DNA from: Sarea resinae | Lineage: Eukaryota | DNA: 64,000 nt | Direction of reading: 5' to 3' | Assembly (NCBI GenBank): GCA_026026165.1 | Contig: JAPEUD010000019.1 | Span: 1-64,000 of the forward strand | Shown here: positions 40,201-53,344 of the stretch, in pieces | Numbering within the stretch: the first letter of the stretch is position 1 | Layout of the letters: every line of letters begins with the position of its first letter | Program-made: the position numbers and the translations under genes | Notes under the pieces: model-generated | The model's database searches: none | What the model saw: the letters and a program-made list of their open reading frames with translations, nothing else | What the model was told of the DNA's origin: nothing

Positions 40201-41600
40201 AAATCTTAGCAGACTTCGATAGACTGAGTAGTGGAAAGCCGCTGCATCCAGAGCTGAGAGTCCCTGGTCACGAATGTAATATTCTTCATTAGTCCCGCTT
40301 CCTGCATCCATCGCTTGCGAGAGAGTCTGCGGTGCCATCTGCGGCTCCTTTCCTCGGCCAAGATATAGAGCGCCCTCGGTGTTGCCGCTGACAATCTCGC
40401 CGGGAATGAAGAAATTTTTCTTGTTGACCTTGCTGGCGCATTCTCGAATATAGCTAGACCACTCCGCTTGAGCATCTACCGTCACGGTCAGTCCTTTGTC
40501 GATACGAAACCCGTCGATGTCGAGCATGTTAATCGTGATGCACGAGAAACGCTTGATCTTGTCCAAGACACTCGGGCGCCATTCTCGCAAGCGATCTTGG
40601 ACGAACCCAAATTTCGAGAGTTGCTTTTGCCATTCGGGGTAGTTGCCGAAAGAAGCAACATCACCATACTGTTTGGCAGTCGTTAGTTTCTGTAGGTGCC
40701 AAAGGTAGCGGTGATGAGCGAAGGTACCTGGTCAAAATCGCTATTCATACACCCAATCAAGCGATCAGTGACATTGGAAGTCAGCATTTCTCCGGTTTCG
40801 GTCCAAAAGCGAGGGTAATCGCAATGATCAAGCCATTGGCTGCTGATGTCAAAGTCATGATATCGGCGCTCGCTTTTCCATACGGCGGTGTGCTCTTCAA
40901 AGCTGAACGGCGCAGATGTATTAAGGTACCCGTCAAACCCAAGGAGATCGCCCAACCTATATCACGGACCGTCAGTCTCCCCAGCGTTGGTCCGGAGAAG
41001 GGAATCGATAACATACGTTCCCATCGTATTATCAAGAATAATGTACATCCCCCGTCGATGGATTTCATCAATCGTTTCCCGCCACGCGTCGATATCGCCA
41101 TAATGAGCGTCTAGTAAGGTGAGATCGAGCGGACTGTAGCTGTCGGCTTCCCATGGTTGATTGATATGAGGGCTGCCGGCAAGATAGAGTGCCTATGTGG
41201 AAGTTTGGTGAGATAGATTCGACCACAATGAACAGAGACGCGTCCTCACCTCTATGCCCATTCCCTGGAGGTAGTCTAGGGAGTCCATCAGTCCTCGAAT
41301 ATCTCCGCCATTCCGAAATTGATTCGACAGGATGTCGTGTTCGTACGCGGTGCCGTTGGCGTCGTCGTTCGATGGGTCGCCATTGACAAATCTATCCAAG
41401 AAGATGGTATAGAAGGGCATCCGCCAGTTGTCGGGTGACGGGGTGTAATCGTGCTCCCCCCATTCTCCCCAATAGTCGGTCGGATCTACCGCCGTCTGGT
41501 TCTGATTGAGGTTGAACGCGAGATATTCCGGATCATAGCGAAGGGCATTGAGCAGTTGCACAAAGAATGACAGAACTGTAGCGACGGAATAAACAATCAT
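34274..41600 (-). CDS. ags1: Cell-wall alpha-1,3-glucan synthase (GH13 + GT5 + multi-pass TM), ~8 exons
   Basis: LRYDPEY..FNLNQN, PSPDNWRMPFYTIFLDRFVNGDPSND, DGFRIDK, TMEYDIEDWNIKIKIGGLG, HINDYHG, PSRDEPFGLVAVEFGRKG, C-terminal FFRKEQLSKP. Confidence 0.97.
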
Positions 41601-44600
41601 TATGAGCACGGTACGACGCTCTGCAACCCTAAAACGAATGCACGCCTGTCTCGAGACAGAGCCACCTTTGAGAGATTCGCTGTGGCAGGCCCGACCATAG
41701 CAAGTATGGAGGTTTTCGTAAAGGGAGAAGGAGAGATAAGCAGGCGGCGATATCAACGAAAGACGAAAAGAAAGGCGGTTTCAGCAGGAAGGTTCGGTCG
41801 AGGAGAGGAGGGGAGACACGGCGAAAGTGCAGGAACCCGGAAAAGTGTAGGCAGGCCGATCAGGTAGCAGTGGAGGAGGTAGCAGGTAGCAGGTAGCAGG
41901 GAGCAAGTAGGTAGGTAACTCCGCCCTAGAGTAAGTCCGTACTTCGTACAAGGCTCTGCTGGGGTCAAGCGTGGCCACGCAAAATTAGTAATAGGGGCTG
42001 GGAGACGTGCCCGTTAATCAATCGAGTACCTTTCGTATGGTGAGAGGAGTAGGAAGTGACTAGCACATACGGATACGAAGGAGAACGGCCATGCTTGGGC
42101 GAGAGGAGGAGAAAGTTATCGGGGGGGGTGGGAGGGAAGAGGATCGTGTGTGCGTGTAAATGGTATGGCGCGAATAGGGATCAACAGAGCGGATCGCTTA
42201 CCTCCTGGGTAGTGGATGCTGCAGCTGCTTGCTTTCTCTACTCTACAGTACTTTACTCCCTCTGCCCCCCTCGACCTGACAGCCTGCGCCGCGAGAGAAA
42301 AACTGGCGGAAATCTGGCTGTGCCGTCTCACGGATTCGCAAGTACAATTTCTGGCCCCTAGACTAGTCTCAAGCACCGGACGAAAGCCCCTGCAGCTCGA
42401 TAGATCAGATGGCGGGTAAGATCATGCCGTAGCTTATGGTGTATGGGATAGTTGCTCAGTAGTCTACGGTGCTATGTAGCGTAGCGAGGCGGGCGAAGGC
42501 GGGCGCAGGTGGTGGACGAGCTGGACAGAACGGCTGTCGATCTCCAGCTGGTTGTGGCAAATAATGGCTCAGGGCAAGCAATGCCAAATCCCCATCCTTC
42601 AGGAGTGGCAGCTCTCGCTCGGGAACACTCAGGGTACGCCGTGGAGGAGTAGTAGTACATGCGGACGAGCCAAGTCCCCTTTTTTCAGGCCACGGACCAC
42701 GGACCCCGGACCCCTGCTGGTCCAGGAACTGGAAATAGGTACAAATAGTCTGCCTTGCCCCGCTAAGACAGCCCAGCAGACAGCTCGGCCAGCTCGGACA
42801 CGTCCATTCAACACCTCCAAGACTCTGCGTACGTACGATACCGCGTAATCGAGTGGAGTGCTGGAGTCAGGTACACGCGGGTCCAAAAAGAGGTCAGCCA
42901 TCAGAGCCGCCACACTGGAGCGCCGGTCGTGAGCTTGAACGTGTGGAGGCCGTGTGGGTGTCTACATGTGTCTACCTGGTGCCGTGTCTGTGTACACAAT
43001 AGGGCGGGCATCTGCGGGTGAATGGATCCAAAGTGCTTAGTGACAGCACGCGAGCATCTACATCAAGTACGAGGTACGCCGTAGTCGATCGATGGAGAGT
43101 ACCCATCCGTACTCCGGAGTAGGTACCCATCGAGTTGTCGCGATGGCAGCAGCTGGGAGAGGAGCGAGTGATCGAATACGTACTCTGTAGGAGAGATTGC
43201 TACTCCGTAGATGGCCAGAGATACGAATACGCTCGACATTGGACGGACTGTGTCGGGAAGCAGAAATGATGGACAGAGCTGACGTCCACGAGACAGCAAT
43301 GAGCAATGATCGACGAGAGATATTGCCTGCTTGCTTGGTGTGCAAAGTACTTCTTACTCAGGGACGGTGCCTATCTTGGAGTACATCGAGTACATCGAGT
43401 ACATCGATGTGTCCCTACGTCGATGGCATTGACCGATAGTCTGCTGTCGGTCTGCTGTCTGTCTGCTGTCCAAGGTTAACGTGTGCGCTAGGGGCTGTAG
43501 GGGCTAAGGAGGTACCTGAGGTCGCAGGTATCGTCCGGTACCTGGTCTGGGTGCAGAGGCACTGATCAAGTCGCTTGGAATGAGAAAAGCACGTTTTGTG
43601 GCTTTTCCCGCTACACTCGCGTCGACGAAGCGGGAATCTTGATTGGCCAGGTAGCCATCCCATCATCATCTTCTCTTAGCATGGTAGGTACAAGCCCATT
43701 TCCCGACAGACCATCGAGGACCGCGAGAATGCGGAATTGAGGAGTGAGAGAATTATTCTGCTCCTGCTTCTGCTCTGTGCTCTCCGGTCTAGAGTAATGG
43801 AGGGTTCGAAGCTCAATTTGCCTTCGTCCTTTTCTTTCCGTTTTCGCCACGCATGAGGTGCTTGCTGGGCAAGGGAGGTAGGTAATGGGTATTCAGTAGG
43901 TAGGTAGGTAGCGTCGTACACGTCCAGGTGAGCCTGGATCGAATGGATGTCAGAGGTCAATCATCAATGTAAGGAAACATCCATCAGAGGCAGTACTCGT
44001 AGTCTCAGAAATCGGAGTCTCTGATCGGTGACACGACCGGCCAGTACTAAGTGAGTGAGATGGTTAGAGTTGGTAGATAAAGTGTACTCTACGTACCGAG
44101 CCTGTACGCCTGGAAGACATGACGCCTACTTTAGTTTGGTAGCATCGCCTTCCCACGAACGCATGTACCCGGGTTGTCCCTCAGACATGCAACGTTCCCA
44201 GTTGGCCGTGGCATGAGAGATAAGAACCCTAAGTGCCCTGCCCACAGCTCAGCGAGATGAGACACGATCAGGCCTTCTTCTCAGCGGCCTTGCGCATGAG
44301 ATTCAGCGACGCCGCTTCTGAAAGATGAAAGATTTGTCTACCTCTTCTCGGTTCCGCTCTCGTTGTCGTCGTTCGTTCTTTTCCCGTCTTCCTCGATCTT
44401 CGGTCGTCTGTCTCCAGGGCTGTCCCGTCTAGAGTCGAGGCCTAGTGCCCGGATGGTTGGTACCCACCGCGCATACACTACTCCCGAGTACTTCGCTCTT
44501 GACTACGAAGTACCGACCAAGGAATTGGATGCGCACACTGCCTTATCACTGACCCTGTACATCCCTGTGCTCTCCGGCTCCTATGTACTTGCTGTACTGT

Positions 44601-45942
44601 CCGGCGCCGGTCCCCCTGATCCAATCATAGTAACACTTACCTAAGGTAGGTAGACTCCATCCGTTCCGCTCTCCCGCTAGAGGGCGCTGCTCTCCAGAGC
44701 TACCACGACCCCTAGGTACCTTACATTGTACTGAAGTACATTACGACGAACGAAGTCGACAGGACCTGCAGATCTGATTTGACGCCAAACGGCGACTCAA
44801 TTGCCTCTCACCCGTCGGAGCTACCTAAATTAACCTACATACCAAGGTACCTGGGTGCGAGTTGCTAATGATGCCCCGGGACCTGACTAGCCCCTTTACT
44901 CGCTCCCAGGTTCCAATGGAGATTGAGAGTCTCGAATGGCCTCGCGCCCTGGCGGAGAAATCGACTAGTCGTCCTGCCAAGACGATCCAGCGCCAATGTA
45001 CTCCAAGTACTCCCCTCTCTCGTAAATATTCCACGCCAATTCAGCCAATCCGAACCATCCAACCTGCCGGCCAACAATCCTTTCATTTGGTGCTCGGCGG
45101 AAAGATATGCTACCACGTACGGAGTGGTAGGTACGAGTACCGATTACGAGGGACCCTCCAAGCCAACTTCTAGTCTGAGGATCTAGTTCGACTTGTACGG
45201 GGGACTTTCGTATCAATCACAAATATCATTCTTTCAGACGCTCTATTCATGAATGTCCGAACCTGTCTTACCGTACTCTGTACTGCGCAGTACCAGGTCG
45301 TTATTTGTCTCCATTTTCCCTTGCCCGGATTTATGCAAGCTGCTCTACATAGAAATTTCCCTTTGCTGATTGACTTGCTGCTTACCTGATGGCGTGCATG
45401 TACACCGTTTTCCCGATCTGGACATTCTCCTGCCTGCCCTTGTCTGAAGGGGCTCTCTCCATGGGCGGCTCTCCAGGGCTACCAGGTACCAGGCTGTACA
45501 TATTCATCTGTCCATCTACTACCACCCACCTCTACGCAGTACGAAGCACATAGTACTATGAGCAGGGGCTTGGGTCTGGAAGTGATCCTGCGTGCTCCTC
45601 TGTCTCCCAAACGCTTACTGCTCTATTACTCTTCTTCGTGGTGGCTTGCCCTTCCCCCCCCCCCCCCCCAAAGTACTGACTACAGGCGCTAAACACTGCT
45701 CGTACACCCCATTCCCTCCTTTTCCTCGCAAGTTGTTTGGCGACGTGAAATGTCAAAGTGCATGTCCATGTAGATTTGGGTGCACGTTTGCATCCCCATC
45801 GCCCCATTCTCGATAGCCTCTCGAACCGTCACTCGTTTGATCTTTTTTATCGTGGGGCATTTGACCTCGACTCGGCGTGGTCAAGGGAAGAAGAGGACGA
45901 GTGAATGATCTCGAGTCAACAGAGAGGAAAACTCCATCGATC

Positions 45943-48026
45943 ATGGCTTCAACAACGTCGAAAGGCTCGGCGGCATTCGTTTCGACATTCTTGCTCTTCT
46001 GCCTCACCTTCATTTGCGGCACTCACGCGGCTACACCGGATCAGTGGAGAGGACGGTCCATCTATCAGATCATCACCGACCGTTTCGCTCAATCCGACGG
46101 GTCGATCACGGCGCCATGTAATGTCACGAAAGAACTCTACTGCAATGGGACGTGGCAAGGAATCATAAAACAACTCGATTATATCCAGGGCATGGGCTTT
46201 ACGGCGGTGCGTACTCTGTCGGTGCAATTGCATGAATGGCCCAGAAAGCCATGCGGTTCGATGCAGAGACTGACACGCGCGGGTAGATCTGGATATCGCC
46301 AGTGGTCAAAGGAATCGACGAGGTCACCAAATACGGCCAGGGATATCATGGCTTCTGGCCTCAAGATATCTACTCGCTCAACAGCCATTTTGGAACGGCA
46401 GATGACTTGAACGCGTTGTCATCGGAACTTCACAAACGTGATATGGTACGACGACCCTAAAACGTTTCGTTATCCTACCTAAATCTAGAGCACTAACTGG
46501 GAATCAGTATCTGATGGTCGATATCGTAGCCAATAACTTTGCCTATGCCGGTGCCGGGGACGCCGTCGATTACTCGATATTCGTCCCATTCAACGAAGAA
46601 AAGTACTTCCATCCATTTTGTTTCATCACCAATTACAACAACGCGACAAACGCAGAGCAGGTATGCAGTTCCATGGAAATATTGGAGTAGTGTGATAGCT
46701 AAAACGCAAGATTAGTGCTGGTTGGGCGATAATACGGTCTCCCTTCCGGATATGAATACAGAATTGGCCGAGGTCCAGTCGACTTATAGTAAATGGGGCG
46801 CGGACATGGTCAAGAATTACTCTAGTAAGCAATATGATCGTGGGTTGATAGCAAGAGCATCGAATAACCTCAAGGGTGTTGCAGTTGACGGATTCCGAGC
46901 CGATGCTGCAAAGCACGTTGACAAGCCTTTTTGGGATGCCTTTCAAGCCGAGGCGAATGTTTATATGGTTGGAGAAGTCTTCTCGAACGATGCGTATTTC
47001 TCATGCGACTACATGGTCGACGCCCTTGATGCTGTACTAAACTATCCAATGTTTGTGTCCCCAATCAAATTACGATTCGAGGCCCCGATAGAAAAGTAAA
47101 ACTGACGGTCAATGACAGGTGGTATGCAATGACTGGGACCTTTCAATTTACAAACGGGTCTCTCGAATATCTTTCCTACATGATTCAGAACATCACTGGC
47201 TCCTGTATAGATTCTACGCTGCTGGGAACCTTCTCTGAGAACCAGGATGTCGCTCGATTTGCATCCATGACCAACGACACGGCATTGCGGAGGAATGTTC
47301 TTGCGTTCACATTACTGTCGGATGGTGTGCCGATCATCTATTACGGTGCCGAGAAAGGCTTCGACGGCGTTAGCGACCCTACAAATCGTGAGCCATTCTG
47401 GCTTACTGGATACCCCACAACGGGCCCTCTGTATGAAGTGGTGAAGGCTGCTAATCTGGCTCGCAATGCCGTTTTCGCCTCCAACAACAATGATAGCTAC
47501 TGGAGCCCGTACTGGCAATACAAGGCCAAGGTGACATACGCTACTGATCAGATCATGGTCGTACGTAAGGGCTATGATCATTCGCTGGTCGGCGTCTACA
47601 CGGTCCTTGGAGAGAACAGTACAGAGTCAGCGCCAATCACAGTAACTGACTCGAATTTCCATGGTGGCGACCTGCTCGTCGAGGTCATAGGCTGCACGAG
47701 CTTGACAGCAGGACTTTATGGCAATTTCAACACAACAATAAAGAACGGTGACCCACAGGTGCGCTATATCTTTTTTTTCGCCACGTTTGAAGATTCGACG
47801 AATTTGAGCTGATAACAATGTCTAGGTATGGGTGCCTGCGAAGTACCTCAACGGATCGGCACTATGCCCAAACGTGCTCAAGAAGGGCATCTGCACCACC
47901 AACTGCGGCGTTCATAAGTCTGCAGCTGGCCTTCCATTTGCAACTCCGGCAGTATTCACTTCGCCCTGGGCATCAGTACTGGGTTTACTGGCGGCGACAT
48001 TCATCCTCGCGTATGCTCCATTATAG
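45943..48026 (+). CDS. Secreted/GPI-anchored GH13 alpha-amylase-like 4-alpha-glucanotransferase (AgtA/AmyD type), 7 exons
   Basis: Signal peptide, [62 protein letters not shown], hydrophobic C-terminus. Confidence 0.92.
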
Positions 48027-49813
48027 CCCTCATGACACTCAATTCATCGTCCTATCTGTTGTTTTTTTCCGAATTCAGCCTGAACATATTGGGATCTTCC
48101 AAATCACTTCTTACGGCGAGCACGAGCACGAACTAGGGGTACATTTATTGCATTGTCAAGGGGGTCGTCGATTCAAATCATAGGAGTTCAACCGGGTCCA
48201 GGGTCTCGGATATCGGCCATACTATTTTCTTCTCTCGAGGGAGGTTCTTGTATATTTCCTAATTCTGCCTGTCACTGGGCTATTTGTCAAGACTCGGAAG
48301 GTCAGTTCCACGTTTGCTTCTATCCAAGCCAGGACTTCCTGGGTGCTTCCTTTTGGTTACATTCAGCTCTTTGAGTCCGGGTATGCAGAATTAGCTAGCG
48401 GTTCGACATTTGATTGTCGTTCGGCAGCGACGTGGAGACTTTTTTTCGAAAATTGAGAGGTTCCGGCTGTTGAAAGGACAAGGCGGTCAAGGCGGCCAGG
48501 GCCCTCTTCTGAGAGCGATCCCGCGGCTCGGTGTATATAAAGTTCTTCTTTATTGAATTCATAGAGGAACTAATGTACGAAAAACTACTTCAGAAAAGTT
48601 ATATCCTCTTCTGCTTATCCGTAGAAGTTGACCTTTACACGCAACCTTAGAGCAAATCTAGCCGGCCAGCTGTACGGCTCACTGTCAGCATCGTTCCTCG
48701 TCCGTACTCTGTCTAGTACAGTACCTCCCGGCCTGCATTCCCAGGCGTTGTAGTCGGTAGTCAGTCAGTTCAGTACTCAGTCTTCTGTCCCTTCTAAGCG
48801 GCAATTCCATCCGGCGCCGCGACCCGACATTCATTCCAGACGCGTCAAATACCATATATAAACTTGAAGCATGCAAGCAAGCGTGTGCCGGCTGTACGAG
48901 TGTGCCGAGGAATGGGGGTGGAAAGTAGCCGTCCCATGTCGATGTATCGATCTACATGCCAGCGGTCACTCGCATGCCATTCCATGGAATTGAATCTGAG
49001 TCAGGTAGCGGAGCGAGGATTGGGTTGGAGAATGTCATTAAGATTTCTTCCTGCTTGCTTGCGCTGGCTTGGCGATGGTGGGGAATTTGAGATTGGGTAG
49101 TCAAGGTGGCGGAGGTTGGCCAGATGACGTACTTGATAGGTGTGAGAGGGAATATTTGAGATCAAAGTTTAGTACGGATCTATCTAGACAGATGGAAGGG
49201 TTTTTTCTCCCAGTTTTCGAATGTCTACTGTTGGGGATTGGGTTGTTGGAAGCTGTTTAAGATAGGAGCTAGTTGTTTTTCAACGACTCTTGGATTTTCT
49301 CCGCGTGCTGGCGGTTTAGTTATTATCAGACCCTGATATGTAATAATATTCTGTACAGGGAGAACGACTGTCTTTGGAGGATTAATATGAATTTATACTC
49401 CGTTTGATGATAGAGATTTTGGTAGGTCTTTCAAATACAATATAAAGGTTATTATTTTCTTCGGAATAATATTCGGAAGACGGATATCTAATTTGTTAGA
49501 TATTTCCTATTAAATGTTTAACGTCGTACTGATATTCATGATGTCAGAACCACATCTGCCAGCAGCAGAATGATAGTTGGAAGAATTGGTGATCTCAAAA
49601 TTATATCTCGGACTAGCCATCTAGAGAGAGTCGACTTCAATGCCGGATAACCGTCGCCGGAGTTAATGACTTTGTACAGCCGGGCAATCAACTACGCCAT
49701 CTCCTCACTTCCCTTATATCAGAACGTCCAAACATCGGCATAAGAGGCGACAAAGATCGAGATACATCTTTGGCGGCTTCGAATACAACCCATCTGGTAT
49801 ATTTCCTTTCAAG

Positions 49814-51269
49814 ATGACGCTCGCGAATGAAACCTACCGCCCCGCCTTCCCGCCCTCCACCCACGACCCCACCAAGCCCAACCCTCATATATCCTACGGC
49901 GTCTCCTTCCCCGCCGCCCTTGCGCATCATGCCGCCCACACCTATCACGCCAAGCGCATCTATGTGCTGCTCTCGAGCTCTTTGAGCCGAAACACGGACA
50001 CTTTGGGACGGATAGAGAATGCGCTCCGGGATGAGGGGGTGGAGGTCGCCGGGGTCAGGAGGGGCATGCAACCGCATACGCTGTTCAGTGAGCTTTTGGA
50101 GGTGGTACGAGATATCAAGGACAAGGGAGCTGTCGATCTGTTGGTTACGGTTGGCGCGGGCAGTCTGACGGATGCGGGCAAGATTATTACGTTGGTGAGT
50201 AGGTGATATTCGGCCTCCTTTACTTTTCTTACTTTGCGATTTTCTGTGCTTTTCCTTCGAAGCAATTTGGTTTTCGGTCAAGATTGTCCTATTCCTCTTG
50301 TCGTTTTGCAATATCATACAGAAAGAAAGAAACGAGAACGGTCCCGCCCACTAGCATCACCCACTAAACCTCAACCCACCCTCCCAGGCCCTCGCCAACA
50401 ACGCCCCCCAAACCCCCTCGTCCCTCCTCGCCCTCTCAGAGACAACGACCAAGAATCCATCATCCCTTTCGCCGCCAACGATTCCCCAAATCTCCATCCC
50501 GACCTCCCTGTCAGGCGGAGAGTACTCGCCCTTTGGCGGCGGCACCTCCGACACCACGCACCAAAAGCACATGTTCTCGACGCCTGCCCACGGACCCAGC
50601 CTCGTCATCCTCTCGCCGGAGCTAACCATCACGACGCCGGCGTCAGTGTTCCTCTCGACTGGCATCCGCGCCGTCGACCACTGCATCGAAACGGTATGCT
50701 CGCTCTCCAGCAACGACGCCGCCGACGCCGACGCCGCCGCTGGTCTGAGAGCGCTAGTCCCGGGCCTGCTGAAGTGCAAGTCGCAACCCGACGATCTGGA
50801 GGCCCGACTGGCGTGTCAGATGGGCGTCATCGAGGCCATGAAATCCGTCAGTGCCGGCGTACCGCTGGGCGCCAGCCACGGCATCGGCCACCAGCTCGGG
50901 CCTCTGGGCATCGGTCACGGCGAGACGAGCTGCATCCTCCTCCCGGCCGTCTGCCGGTACAATGCGCGGGTGAATGCCGCGCGGCAGGAAAAAGTCGTCC
51001 ACGTCCTGCTGGGCCTGGACGACGTGGCGGCGTTGTTGAGGGAAGACGGCAAGACGGAGACCGGACAGGACCTAGCGGGCATCCTCGACTCGCTCATCCG
51101 CACCCTGGGCCTCCCGCGCTCGTTGAAGGATAAGGGGGTCGAGTTGACGCGCGAGGAGGAGCTGGATCAGCTCGCGGCCAACTGTCTGCGCGACCGGATG
51201 TGTGCGACGAATCCTGTGCCCCTGGTCGAAAAGAGCCAGGTGCGTGAGATTTTGGCAGAGATTGTCTGA
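49814..51269 (+). CDS. Iron-containing alcohol dehydrogenase family protein (2 exons, intron ~50194-50387)
   Basis: VGAGSLTDAGK, IPTSLSGGEY, STGIRAVDHCIE, GASHGIGHQLG..HGETSCILLP metal-binding His/Asp motifs. Confidence 0.93.
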
Positions 51270-51819
51270 GTGAAGGAGGGAGGCTTTTGGTGCAGGAGAG
51301 GGGGAGGGAGCTAGGTAGGGAAGCAGGGATACACTTGAATAGATACTCATATAGGGAACAAAACAAAAACCCGATTTCATCTCGAACACAACACAGCACA
51401 ACGTAATTATAACCAAGTATATATAGCCCACCCCCTTTTCATCCTTCCCTCGTCCTCCTTCCCCCTTCCCCCTCTCCTTTTCTCCCTTTACCCCTTCCCT
51501 ATTCCCGCTTTCACCCTCTCCCTTACACAAAGCAATAAACAAACGAGACAACTAATTAATCTAAGCCTACCCCCTCTCTAAACCTCTCTGCTACTAATCA
51601 CCTACCTATTTACCTAGTCTCTGTCTGTCTATCTATCTAGAGCCGGCATCTATTAATCTACTAGATCTTAAACTAAATTTTTATATTTAGTCATAGGGGG
51701 TTAAGGGTGTTTACTTCGTTCTCTGTTTCTTTTCTTATAAGCTTTTTTTATAGGGTGGTAGGTGTGAGTAGAGAGGTGTGAGTAGAGAGGTGTAGTTAGA
51801 GAGGTGTACTTAACAGAGA

Positions 51820-51960
51820 GAGAGAAGAGAGAAGAGAGAAGAGAGAAGAGAGAAGAGAGAAGAGAGAAGAGAGAAGAGAGAAGAGAGAAGAGAGAAGAGA
51901 GAAGAGAGAAGAGAGAAGAGAGAAGAGAGAAGAGAGAAGAGAGAAGAGAGAAGAGAGAGA
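51820..51960. repeat. (GAGAGAA)n heptanucleotide tandem repeat within an AT/TpA-rich island (~51540-52450)
   Basis: Perfect 7-bp unit repeated over ~140 bp. Confidence 0.95.
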
Positions 51961-53344
51961 GTAAGAGTATAAACAGTGAAAAAACAAAGCTTGTGTTATA
52001 ACCTCTCTATCTCTCTCCCTATAACCCCTCTCTACCGCTCTTATACTATAACCTTCTCTCTACTCTTACTCTCTCTCTATCTTACTCTTTCTCTCTCTCT
52101 ATCTCTCTCTCTTCTTCTCTCCTTATAACCTCTACTACAACCTCTACTATAACCTTCTCTTTACTCTTACCCTCTCTTACTCTCTCTATTACCCCTCTAT
52201 CTCTTTGCTCTAACCTCCTATATAACTACTCTCTCTACTCTCTCTAACCTCTCTAACTCTCTAACTCTCTGCTAAAACCCTTACTCTCTAACCCCTCTTT
52301 TCCTTTCCCCTCTCTTCCTCTCTTCTCTTCTTCCTGTATTCTTCTCTTTCCTATCTTCTCCTATCTTCCTTGTAGAAATCCCCCATTGTAAAAATTCCTC
52401 TACTAGGTAACGATCTGCTCAAAAAACCCCCCTAAAAAACAAAAGCAAGCAAGGATAGAGATAATAGATAGAGATAGAGAGGCATACAGACAGCTTTTAG
52501 ATTATATACCCCCTTCTTTAAGGGCAGAGGGCAGAGCGCTTGAATGCTTGCTGGGATAGATATATAGAGATGATGATCCGGGATATGTTCTGTGGGGTTG
52601 GGTAGTGTGGTCGCGGTAGGTAGGTAGGTAGGTAGAGGGTGGGTAGATAGGAGGTGGTGAGTCGAGCGAATAGAGGGTGGGAAGGGAGAGGAGAAGGTAT
52701 GAGGTGACGGAAGGGTGCAGGAACAGGCGTCGAGGAGGAAGTCTACCGTTCTTCCACTCATTCATGTATCCCGTTCAATAGCAGAGGCGGTGGGCGCGTT
52801 TCTATTCTCTACTATCTCTATTCAATAGCAGAGACACTGATTATATGTCTGTTTTTCTGTGAGGCGCGCTGATATATAGTAGGCAAATAGGCATAGCCCG
52901 GACGAGCCGGGTTATAGTAATCTTTTTGGATGGCTCACGTTGGAACAGGTTTGCCTACTCACTGGTCCTTACATTTTTCCTCCAATCATCTGATTACAGT
53001 AATTCCCATGGTCTTGCTATTGACGTCCCCGTCGTCATTGTCGTCATATCCTCCCCATGCATGGAAGAGAAAAAGAAAAAGAATAGATCCAAGGCAGAAA
53101 AGAGATCGATGGGAACACACCCTTGGGATAAATCGGGCCGTAGATAATAATACAGAGAGAGAAGAAAGTAAACATGGGTATCGAATTGCATCGCATCGCA
53201 TCGAATCGCATCGAATCGCATCAACAAGCACACCCACACGAAGACTCTGCCGTTCTCAATCAGCTCTAGAAGACGGCAGAGCCCCCCCGGAGTGGGTCCC
53301 AGCACGAGGAGATCAAGAGACGGCCACGAGGTCGAGCAGATCGA

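Noticed and set aside
50234..51133. 299-aa Arg-rich alternative-frame ORF over Fe-ADH, and similar antisense ORFs over GH76, AHC1 and the NRPS-like gene
   Set aside because: Shadow ORFs expected in GC-rich coding DNA
51796..52001. Periodic ORFs (SLLSSLF)n and (EKREERR)n
   Set aside because: Artefacts of the 7-bp tandem repeat; not a CRISPR array since there are no spacers
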